A stretch of DNA of 63,653 nt, the filler included, from Octopus bimaculoides (taxonomy: Eukaryota), in assembly GCF_001194135.2 (NCBI RefSeq). It is 6 parts of 6 records of this genome, joined end to end, with 100 filler letters (N's around TTAATTAATTAA, not from the genome) between each part and the next. Parts side by side here need not be neighbours in the genome. Positions count along the whole stretch, not along the records: positions 1 to 21,458 come from NC_068998.1; positions 21,559 to 34,173 come from NW_026339109.1; 4 more parts are not named here. One strand, written 5' to 3'. The notes below the pieces were generated by a model. It did no database searches, was not told where the DNA came from, and saw nothing but the letters and a program-made list of their open reading frames with translations. The position numbers and the translations under genes were made by a program. Shown one piece after another: positions 12,491 to 22,590 of this stretch (position 1 is its first letter; each line of letters starts with the position of its first letter).

Positions 12491-12657
12491 GTATGTATGT
12501 TTATATGCATCTGTATATGTATATGTGTAAGTATATATGCATATGTACATATATGTGTGTATGTATGTATGTGTGTGTGTATATATATATGTATGTGTGT
12601 ATATACTTACATGTATATATGTATATATATATGTGTGTGTGTGTATAGATATATGTG

Positions 12658-12702
<45 letters not shown>

Positions 12703-13442
12703 GTATGTATATGTATGTATGCTTATATGCCTGTGTATATGTATATGTAAGTAGATATGCATATATGCATATGTATGCGTGTGTATGTATGTATATGTCT
12801 GTGTACACACACACAGACACATGCATGCACACACGTGTGCACACACACATGCAAACACACACGCATTTATATATTGGAAGAAGTGCAGATTGTAAAATAG
12901 TGTAACCTTTAATGCAAAGCAGCATGATTTTATTCAAGAATCTATAGAAAAAAATAATATAGCTGCTTCAACAATCAGCATTGAGAATGTATCTTTAAGT
13001 ATTAATTCTTTTATTTTCCTTTGAAGATAGATTTTATTTTTTTATTTTTAAATCCCGTTTTAATATTTCTTTCCTGCTTTGTTTTTTGTTTTTCTTATAT
13101 TATCTTATGTTTTGATTTTTTTATATTTCTTTCCTTTTTTTTTTTTTGTTGTTGTATGTGATTTGACTTTTGTTTATTGCATTTTACAAAGCTTCTATAT
13201 TATTATATAGAGAGAGATGTTAGCATATATTTGAACTGTTACCAAGGAAACTAGAGCCTGCAAGTTATATGATTAAGCTAGGTCTTGCTGAAACTGGTTA
13301 TTTAGTTCACCATACCAGCAACTTAGAATATCCATATGGAGGAAAGAGATTTTAGATTAACTGATTGATAATGTGTGTGGTGTGAATATCTGGGCTAATG
13401 TTGATGAAATAGCACTTCGTCTCTTCATTATAGTCATTATAG

Positions 13443-13570
13443 AGACAATTTTATTTTCACATTGGTGTTTGTCAGCTTGTTAAGCAGCTGTGTTCATCTG
13501 AGAAATCCTCGCACCTGATACAAACTGTTGTTGTCTGTGTAGCCAACTTCATGCTTAGAGAATATCAGAG
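13443..13570 (+). pseudogene. TERB1-like exon, open frame
   Basis: AG|AGA ... CAGAG|GT; RQFYFHIGVCQLVKQLCSSEKSSHLIQTVVVCVANFMLREYQ vs recalled VYFREIGGLMFVKNLAKSSEHSMVKEAALYTL; phase-2 end fits the exon at 14776. Confidence 0.55.
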
Positions 13571-14775
13571 GTTTTTGAAATACAATATCTGTTGCTGCTT
13601 CTGCTGCTGCTGCTGATGCTGCTGTTGCAGTTGCTGCTAACAGCAATAATATATAACAGGTAAAAGTTTCAGTAGCAGAAGACATTTTTCAGGTGATACA
13701 AAAAGTGTCTGTCATGTGGTTAATAATTTACAACTTTGTCAATCTCATTTGTTTATAAGAGTGTATTAAAATAAAATTTTAAACCTATGCCTATTCTGAA
13801 AATTTTTATTTCATACATGTATCAGTGTGTGTGTATGTATATATATATATATACATATATATATATAATGATATAAATAATATATAAATATATGCATATA
13901 TACATACATATATGTACATAACCACATAAATATGGATATATACATGCATATATGGGTACAGGGCATCAAAAAAATGTAGACAAAATAAGAAACGAGAACA
14001 TAAAAAACAGAAACATAGAAAACGAACTTTTTTTTGAACAGAGTGTGCTTAGAATACCTTGTGGTATTTGCTTCAACTTTTTGCACTCTGAACTCAAATT
14101 CTGCCATGACTAACTTTGCCTTTCAGTTTGTCAAGTAAGAATTCAGATTGGTGGATTGTAAAACTGTAAGACCATCAAACTGGATACCTTGCAGACTATG
14201 TTCTGACTCTTTTCATTCAGAATTCATACCCTGCAACGGCCTCCTTGGGTGGTAACCTTAATCCATTGCTTAGTTCAACACCACCCCCTAGCATCCTGGG
14301 GGCTTGGAATGTTGCAACAATTTAAACCAGGTCTCTCGTTCAAACAAGAGATACCTTTTGCCCTCCTCTCAGTCCTGGAGCTCCTATACAATGTCATAGA
14401 CACTACCTCTCCTCCTGACTACAAAATGGTAAAAACAAAAAGAGAAGCAGCAGCAGACCAACACTACCCTAGCCACTCACAGATCCTGATTCTTCTCATC
14501 TCTTCGCCCTGCAGTGTCTAACTCCTCACCTTGCTTACTACTTCTCCTAATCCTATCTTCATAGAACTGCAGCACTCTTGAAGCTCTCTGCCCTCCACAT
14601 TTTCTAAAAACAGTTATCAAGTGCACTGATCTCATGAAACTATGGGAGTCTTACAGTGAGGAAGAAGCAACTTTAGTCAATGAATAATCCCCCCCCCCTC
14701 TGCGAGTCAACTTCAGACATGTTGGTGAATGAATTACTCAGTAAATATACAAGATTTTACATTTATTTACATCAG

Positions 14776-14982
14776 AAATGAAATTATTGAAAGATTAAAT
14801 ACCTCAGAAATGCTATCTACTTGAACAACAATAGGAAATTTAATGTTCATATATTTAATACAATTTCTTGCTAATCTTGAGCTTAAATTAAAAATCTGTA
14901 TTCTTTCCTTTTGTTTTGTCTTTCTTGAACATCTGTTAATTGTGACATTATAAGGAGAATTGTGAGATGCCAGTATTATAAG
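14776..14982 (+). pseudogene. TERB1-like exon with three in-frame stops
   Basis: TTTACATCAG| ... AAG|GTATTT; NEIIERLNTSEML, QFLANLELKLKICILSFCFVFL, GEL*DASII vs recalled QQTLCTSELF, WFLSNDSNINLKRMSVYVILVL, LVRETGCI; stops at 14822, 14951, 14963. Confidence 0.6.
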
Positions 14983-15082
14983 GTATTTTATTTGATTCTT
15001 TATTGAGGTCAAAATAAAGCTGAAACTTGTCTGGATTTATTTGTTGTAGTTCCTTGAATAAAGCATAAAACTTCAGCTTATA

Positions 15083-15264
15083 GATGCAAGCATGACTGTG
15101 TGGTAAGAAGCTTGCTTCCCAACCACATGGTTCTGGGTTTAGCCCCACTGTGTGGCACCTTGGACAAGTGTGCTCTACTATAGCCTCAGGCTGACCAAAT
15201 CCTTGTGAGTAGATTTTGTTAGACAGAAACTGAAAGAAGCCCATCATGTGTGTGTGTGTGTGTG

Positions 15265-15311
<47 letters not shown>

Positions 15312-15538
15312 ATATGAGGATGTGTCAAAAATTAAACGCACTCTTGCTTTTCCATATGACAACTGGTGTTGATGTGTCACCGTCCTTGTAACTTAGTGAT
15401 GTGGCAAAAGAGACTGATAGAACAAGTACCAGGTTTTTAAAAAAATCAAGCACTGGGGTCAATTCATCCAACTAAAAATTCTTGAATGCTCCAGCATGGC
15501 CGCAGTCAAATGCCTGAAACAAGTAAAAGATAAAAAAT
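15083..15538 (+). mobile_element. SINE family A, full length
   Basis: Head, GGCACCTTGGACAAGTG core, central (TG)/(TA)n, tail CCAGCATGGCCGCAGTCAAATG..GAAACAAGTAAAAG. Confidence 0.9.
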
Positions 15539-15736
15539 AATACTGATTCTTCACACCATGTATTTGTTCCATGTTAACATTTTTATGCTCCATCCAAGAA
15601 ATTTATTAGCATAACTTTTACGATGTTTTCTTGCCTATGGCATTTGTAAGTTTTTATTGCCCTGTAAACTATAGATTTAGACATTATTATAATTTAGTAC
15701 AGATTCAAACTCAATTGTAATTTCATAAAAATTTAG

Positions 15737-16195
15737 ACTTTATTGAACAACAGTGTTTCCTATTATTGCTATTCTATTAAAGTCAGTTCTGTATATTTCT
15801 GCTATTATTTTATTCCCCGCTTTGCTGTCTCTAATTAGATAGACTCTGGAAAGATGTTAAGAAAGAACCACGCCACCAAACAAAACATTGTAAAATATGC
15901 CACCTGTACTAAATCCTCTGCCTTAATTATAGAAATTATTATCTCACAACTATGATGTGAGGAATTTTCTTGACAAGACGAGGATAATTCCCCAGTTGAT
16001 ATCTAATTAAGAGGTGTTGTGATTTGTTCCAGGAAAACATCATTATATTTCAACAAGGATGATAATACTATTAACCATAAAGTTTGGATCTGTTTTGATG
16101 GAATATGGAGGAACCATCAAAATAGCTATCAGAACAATTCAGATCACGATTGGTTTCATATGCACCTTTCCAAAAGTGCTTTTGCTATTACAAAG
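15737..16195 (+). pseudogene. TERB1-like ARM segments with frameshifts and stops
   Basis: TVFPIIAILLK ending at donor GTCAGT (15782) vs LFPHANEWLK; PVLNPL/LIIEIIIS/NYDVRNFL vs EIIRPICSFIGLTLANNTYVQKYF; ends AAG|GT at 16195. Confidence 0.5.
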
Positions 16196-16237
16196 GTTGA
16201 AAATATTAATTTACTTAATTTATAAGTGTAAGCTTAT

Positions 16238-16620
16238 AAGGAGTGGCTGTGTGGTAAGTAGCTTGCTTACCAACCACATGGTTCCGGGTTCAGTCCCACT
16301 GCATGGCACCTTGGGCAAGTGTCTTCTACTATAGCCTCAGGCTGACCAAAGCCTTGTGAGTAGATTTGGTAGACGGAAACTGAAAGAAGCCCATCGTATA
16401 TATGTATATATATGTGTGTGTCTGCCCCCCCCCCCAACATCGCTTGACAGCTGATGCTGGTGTGTTTACGTCCCCGTAACTTAGCAGTTTGGCAAAAGAG
16501 ACCGATAGAATAAGTACTAGGCTTCCAAAGAATAAGTCCTGGGGTCGATTTGCTCGACTAAAGGTGGTGCTCCAGCATGGCCGCAGTCAAATGACTGAAA
16601 CAAGTAAATGAGAGTAAATA
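16238..16620 (+). mobile_element. SINE family A, full length
   Basis: GGAGTGGCTGTGTGGTAAGTAGCTTGC ... GGCACCTTGGGCAAGTG ... ATGACTGAAACAAGTAAA. Confidence 0.9.
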
Positions 16621-17039
16621 AATGAGAGCTCTAACAAAATATTGCATGTGAAGACCTTTGATCTGTAAGAAGGGGACTAACATGTTGCTTTATGAGTTCA
16701 AGAAATAGTTCTGTAGATGTAGTGAAATCATTGCTAATTGTATTCCAATTAGTTAAACAATAATGCTCAAGTAATAAGAATCACTGATATATGTCAGATA
16801 TTGATTTTATTAATTAGTCTGTCAGAACTTGTGCTCTTTCCAGTCCCTTTTAAATGAGTGGAAAGTGGATAGTGATAGACATGAGCTCATATAGATTTAT
16901 GATTAGAGCAAAAAATATGGAGGGAGATGAAATATTTGTGTGCCAGTTTAATGGACTTAAATGTTACACAAACTATTTAGTACAGGGTCTTTGAGGTGAG
17001 ACTGAATATGGACAACGAAAGACAGAACAGAAAGTAAGA

Positions 17040-17300
17040 CAGTTCTATATTTAAGAGATGAGGAGTTATGTACATTATTTACATTATTTACGTTTGATGG
17101 ATATTTGTCCTCATCTTGTTTGTTGTTAACACAACATTTCGGCTGATATACCTTCTAGCCTTCATCAGGTGTCTTGGGGAAATTTCGAACCTGGGTTTCC
17201 TCAAGACACCTGATGAAGGCTGGAGGGTATATCAGCCAAAACGTTGTGTTAGCAACAAACAAGATGAGGACAAATATCTGTCAAGTGTAAATAATGTAGA
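17040..17300. mobile_element. Family E tail as a 97-bp inverted repeat (17080-17176 / 17202-17298) with a hammerhead motif on each strand
   Basis: Arms are reverse complements with a 25-nt spacer; GACAC-CTGATGA-A-GGCTG..CAGCC-(G/A)AAA(C/T)-GTT-GTGTT in both arms. Confidence 0.85.
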
Positions 17301-17429
17301 TAAGATAAATAGAGAATAGAAAGTACTTTAAGAGAGTTTAAACTGGTCATGGTACAGAATTGAAAAGATATAACATGTGGGTGGCTCCCTTGTTTCAGTG
17401 TGCCACTTATTACATATAGTGTTTCAATT

Positions 17430-17839
17430 ATCTTTTATCTTTTACTTGTTTCAGTCATTAGACTGTGACCATGCTGGGGCACCACCTTAAAGAATTTTAG
17501 TCGAATAAGGTGATCTTAGTACTTTTTTTTTGCCTTTTAAGCCCGGTACTTATTCTATCAGTTTCTTTTGCTGAACAGCTAAGTTACGGGCACATAAACA
17601 CACCAACCCTGGTTGTCAAGTGGCAGTGGGGACAAACACACACACCCACATGCATGCACACACACACACATATGTATGACACACTTCTTTCAGTTTCTGT
17701 CTACCAAAACCATTCACAAGGCTTTGCTCAGCCCGAGGTTATTGTAGAAGACACTTTCCCAAGGAGCCATGGAAGTAGGACTGAATTCAGAACCATGTAG
17801 ATGAGAAGCAAATTTCTTACCATACAGCCATGCCTGCAC
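17430..17839 (-). mobile_element. SINE family A, full length
   Basis: Reverse complement of the family A head, core and tail. Confidence 0.85.
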
Positions 17840-18324
17840 CAAGCCACACCTGTGGCTGCAGTGTGTAAATTGTGTGAGCTAAGCTGATATTTAGTTTGTT
17901 GAATCAATGCTATCGATGAATGAATTGACATAAAGAAAGAATTACTTAAGAGAAAAGCCATAAAAAAAAAAAGACAACTAGTCTTTTTTACTCCTATGAA
18001 ATTATATATAAAATGTTCTGATACATAAAAAAAGATTACCTTCTGACATATTTTCATCTGATGGTCTAAGATTTACTTAGGCACATCAGTGGAAGCCACA
18101 GGAAACTTGATTCTAGAATGAATAGGGAAAGACTTAAATGTAACTTAAATGTGTGCTAACTTGAAGCCACAGTAAACTTGATTTGAAAATGGAAAGAGAA
18201 AGGTTTAAATAGAGGTGGTTTGGGAACTTGCTTACCATATATATATTTCTTTTACAGATATGCATACACACAATTGCAAAACTGTGTGGAGATAACAAGG
18301 TGTATGCACATATATATTTATATA

Positions 18325-18362
<38 letters not shown>

Positions 18363-18536
18363 AGATATAAAATTAATGTAGATAGCAGTTTGCAATGTTT
18401 CACCAAAAGGAAAACTATAATTGTCTCTAAATGTGACTAGGGTGTTAGAAACACCTGCATTGCTCTTATTTGTAGCAATGTAGGTGTTTCTCATACCATA
18501 GCCTCATTTAATGATGATTATATGTATATATTATAT

Positions 18537-18573
<37 letters not shown>

Positions 18574-18720
18574 GTATTGAGTACTATAATATAATGTATA
18601 TATATATAATGTATTGAGTAATGTATTGAGTACTGTCTTCCTCTTTTATTTACAATGGTAACATTTGAATGTGTGAGCGTATAAAATTCTTGAAACTTGT
18701 TTCTCGGTCACTAATTGTTT

Positions 18721-18890
18721 CCTATACTACCATGTGCTTTTTTGTCAAGCATCAGGTGTCCAGGTATTTCTGTTTAGTAACAAACTCACCTAAATTTCAC
18801 AACATCCTTATTCTATAAATGCATTTTCTTTTTTCACAGCTGTAATGTGGAAGAAATATTTAATTACCTAGCTTTGACTATCCTATGTGA
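18721..18890 (+). pseudogene. TERB1-like C-terminal (TRF1-binding region) segment
   Basis: PCAFLSSIRCPGISV**QTHLNFTTSLFYKC vs recalled PSCSEMLTYRCSGCIAVEKSLNSRNFSKLLHSCPYQC; TAG and TAA sit where E and K align. Confidence 0.55.
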
Positions 18891-19244
18891 AATGTCAGAA
18901 CACTAACAAGCAAGCAGTGTTCTAAATGCTTTATACCATCCAAACTTGTAGTGAATTAGTAGATACATTACAATACAACTGAAGATAATGCAGTGTTAGG
19001 CTAAAATAGCAGAAAAGTGCTGTATCAATTGCAGTACATATTGTGGAGTTTCATCTTAGCTGGATTTGAATTCAAATCCTACTACAATTGTCTGTACTAT
19101 TTATGTTTATAGTGTTAATGAAATTCGTATTAGCAATACAACAGTGTTGATGCTATCAGCTAAACACCTCATTTTTCTTCTTAAGTAAGAATTAATATTC
19201 TGTTGTTTTTTGGTCCAAAATACTATTGCCATTAATACCAGTAA

Positions 19245-20760
19245 AATACTGTTATAAATTTGGCATATATAATGCATTGGTGTTTGTGTTTCACAAACTG
19301 AAACATGAAACAGTTTGTGTTTCATGGTATATGTAATATATTGTGTGCCTGAAATACCAGACACTGACTAATAGGAAGTTAATGGAATTGTAAGGTGTGT
19401 TGAGGTAATGGGCTATGAGTTGGCTCTGAATGTGTTGGAGTATGCTGCAAAGATGCTCATGGTAGCAATCACCAGTCAATGACCTGTTTCACTAACATAG
19501 AAGTACAACAGAGTTTGCACATTATACAGAATATGATGTTGGCTAACATGCAGCCACAGTTTTGGGTTATTTGGTGTTGGGTTTTGAGGCCAGTGGTTGT
19601 TGTCAATCTACTGATGTAATCACAGCAACAATGCATACAACAAATGCACTTGAAAGTATCCAGTTGATCAGTGCACAAGGCTAGAATGCTTCTAACTGAC
19701 AGTTTGAAGAGGGGAGAGCTGGTGCAGATATTATCCAAATATCTATGGAGTTAGAGAGTATAAATTGAAAGTTGTGAAAGAGAAGGAGGGTTCAATGTTT
19801 TGGCATGCATGTAGTGGGCAGAAGTGTAGTGATACAGATAATGGAGTGGACACAGTAGAGTGTAGGATCCCCAACCACTAAAAACTCCGCTCATTGGAAA
19901 GTACTGCATTTCATCAGATATGGAGAGGGACTGATGTTGTATAACTGATAAATTCAGAAGTGTCGAGAGAATGGGATAGCAGATTTGTTGTGTCTGTGGT
20001 GATAAGAGGGGTAGTAGAGTATTTGAGTATTGGTTTATAATTAATAGAGGTGAACAACAAGAAGGTACATTTAGTAATGGGGATATCTAGGAAACTGACA
20101 GAAGTGGCAAATTAGAATCCTGGAGCAGAGTGAAATGGGTTAGCATAAAAGATGAAGCCATGAATTTGTTGTCTGGTGAGCGGGGTGATGATGATACAGT
20201 CATTAATATACACTACAGTTTTTGGGTGAGTCCAATGGAGCAAGCAAAAATATATGTCACAATGAGGCTTGTATAACTTAAATCCATTTTAGTTCCCAGA
20301 TTGACCATCTTGGACTGTTTGTAAAACCCACCACAAAAAGTGAAATAACTGGAGGTGAGAACACATTTGCCTAAGTGGAAAAGGTTGTTGGATATGGGTA
20401 AGGGCAGCATTCTAGAAAGCAGCTAAGGGTTGAAACATCATTGTTGTGGTGGCTGGTTATGTAGAATGCGTTGACATCCATGGTGAGTGGTTTTGAACAT
20501 TCTCAGGAGAAAGAGAATGAGTGAAAGAGGTTTAGAGAATGATTGGTCTTACTTATGTAAGTTAGCAAGGCAGAGAAGAGAGATGATTATAGCTTGTTGA
20601 GGTACCTGAGATTGTCTTATTCGAGGATATCTAAAAGGTAGTAAATAGTAGAGGTGTGATACATCTAAATAAGAACCAAATCACATTTAAGAGTATGAAC
20701 CTCAAATATGTGAGGTGGTAGAGGGTTGAAGGTGAAAACGCAAGTAAAATATCACACAAC
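19245..20760 (-). mobile_element. Decayed Penelope-like retroelement (RT + GIY-YIG)
   Basis: Minus-strand motifs in order: LTMDVNAFY, VLTSSYFTFCGGFYKQ..GTKMDLSY, YINDC, SFLDI, AIPFS, then NIIFCIMCKLC and GDCYHEHLCSI..IAHYLN; many stops and frameshifts. Confidence 0.85.
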
Positions 20761-21050
20761 CACATAATATTTATGCAACTGTAATCCCAGTAAATATTGA
20801 CAAACATGAAAAAATTTTTTCAGTGCCAATAAGAAAAAACTGTGAAGACCATTATGCCAGTTTGTCACTAAATAAATAATGATATACCTATCAGTATTTG
20901 ATATATTATTTTATATTTGTTACTACTTCTCTTATCTGTTTATTTCGTAAAACCACTTTATTTCTCATGTCAAGAATTTGTCAGCAATGTTTATGTAATT
21001 TTTATATTTGTCATATACTCACATCATGAATCATATGATTACATTATATA

Positions 21051-21440
21051 CAGGCATGGCTGTGTGGTAAGAAGCTTGCTTCCCAACCACATGGTTCCAG
21101 GTTCAGTTCCACTGCATGACTCCTTGGGCAAGTGTCTTCTATAGCCTAAGGCTGACCAAAACCTTGTGAGAGGATTTGGTAGATGGAAATTGAAAGAAGC
21201 CCATCGTATATATGTGTAGGAACATGCTTTATTTCACATTGCTTGAGTTCACTGAGCTGTAAAAATGAGTTGCAACATCACCGGAACCAAGCTGTTTCTC
21301 CCTTTAACTTTCGCTTGGATAACATCGGTGGCATGGAGGAGGGAGTTTGCTATGCATGGGCGACTGCTGGTCTTCCACATATAACTTTGCTTGGACTTTC
21401 ACCCCATGGTCATTCGTAACTGAAAGGAGTCTTTACAATA
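21051..21440 (+). mobile_element. SINE family A 5' half followed by a family D-type 3' part
   Basis: CAGGCATGGCTGTGTGGTAAG..CCTTGGGCAAG..GAAAGAAGCCCATCG then CACTGAGCTGTAAAAATGAGTTGCAAC..TGGATAACATCGGTGGCATGG. Confidence 0.75.
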
Positions 21441-21502
21441 TATATATATATATATATANNNNNNNNNNNNNNNNNNNNNNNNNNNNNNNNNNNNNNNNNN
21501 NN

Positions 21503-21514
21503 TTAATTAATTAA
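21503..21514. other. Artificial scaffold linker TTAATTAATTAA inside a 100-nt gap (also 34218, 56404, 58309, 59479)
   Basis: Identical 12-mer (stops in all frames) flanked by 44 N on each side, five times. Confidence 0.9.
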
Positions 21515-21568
21515 NNNNNNNNNNNNNNNNNNNNNNNNNNNNNNNNNNNNNNNNNNNNTATATATATG

Positions 21569-21603
<35 letters not shown>

Positions 21604-21759
21604 GTATATACATATACGCATACATATGTGTGTGTATATATATATATGTGTGTTTCTCACGTACATGTATTTATGCATCTCTGCATACATACATACATAT
21701 ATGCGTACATTTACTGGCACATGCACACTCAAACACTAACACACAAATACATGTACACG

Positions 21760-21809
<50 letters not shown>

Positions 21810-22440
21810 CATACACATACACACTAATTTACGAGAAAACTATATAGTCTTTCGTAAGTACATACATTAAGTGCTATATTTGTGTGAGTGTATATATGTA
21901 TTCCTATATTTGTCTGCATGTGTGCGTACATGCGTCTACATGTGTACATTGCATATTACTACCAATTCACGTAGTCTTTCTCTCGCTCTGAATCACTCCG
22001 TCAGTCTCCTACTCTCTCGCCTCTACGTCTGTCTGTCTGTCTTTCTCAATCTCTTTAGCAGTCTGATTCTCTCAATTTCTCTGTCTTTCACACTCATTAC
22101 AAACAAACATATAACACAATGAAACACCTACGCCATTCTCTTCTCTTGTTCTTCGTCCATCTCTCAGTCAAACGTTTTATTATTATGTTTACCTATCAAT
22201 AAGACAGACAACTCGAAATGTCTGCAACTAATTTATATCCCCTTTCACTTGTGTTTAATATTGCTAAAACAGCCGAATGTTAAATGTGTCGAGGAACACA
22301 AGACATTCAATAATAATGGACAATTCTTCCTATTCTTTTCCAACAATCATCGTCCAACCTGCCCCTCTCGAAACCCGACCATTCTCCTTTGCTTTGTAAT
22401 CATGTATTTACGTTGACGTTTGATATGTTAGAAATAACAG

Positions 22441-22590
22441 CAAAGGGATTAAGTCGATTACATCGACCCCAGCGCGTAACTGGTACTTAATTTATCGACC
22501 CCGAAAGGATGAAAGGCAAAGTCGACCTCGGCGGAATATGAACTCAGAAAGTAACGGCAGACAAAATATCGCTAGGCAGTTCGCTAGGTA
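22441..22590 (-). mobile_element. SINE family B, 5'-degraded
   Basis: TCGACCCCGAAAGGATGAAAGGCAAAGTCGACCTCGGCGGAAT.TGAACTCAGAA. Confidence 0.85.

Larger units (their letters stand above)
12241..18890 (+). pseudogene. TERB1: Decayed multi-exon gene resembling TERB1/CCDC79 (ARM-repeat meiotic telomere adaptor)
   Basis: At least seven segments match human TERB1 (recalled from memory) in the correct order, several with canonical splice sites and one phase-compatible junction; many in-frame stops and frameshifts. By-eye alignment only, ~20-30% identity per segment. Confidence 0.6.

Noticed and set aside
13224-13346. Open frame HIFELLPRKLEPASYMIKLG.. as an extra TERB1-like exon
   Set aside because: Not needed by the alignment, and its donor phases do not fit the exon at 13443.
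14150-14700. C-rich block and ORF 14249-14521
   Set aside because: Probably an old retroelement fragment, but no diagnostic motif was found.
19484-19607. FTNIEVQ..FWVIW as the TERB1 Myb domain
   Set aside because: The opposite strand is clearly the Penelope GIY-YIG endonuclease.
21503-21514. Recurrent TTAATTAATTAA palindrome (five copies)
   Set aside because: Always centred in a 100-nt N block; assembly linker, not biology.
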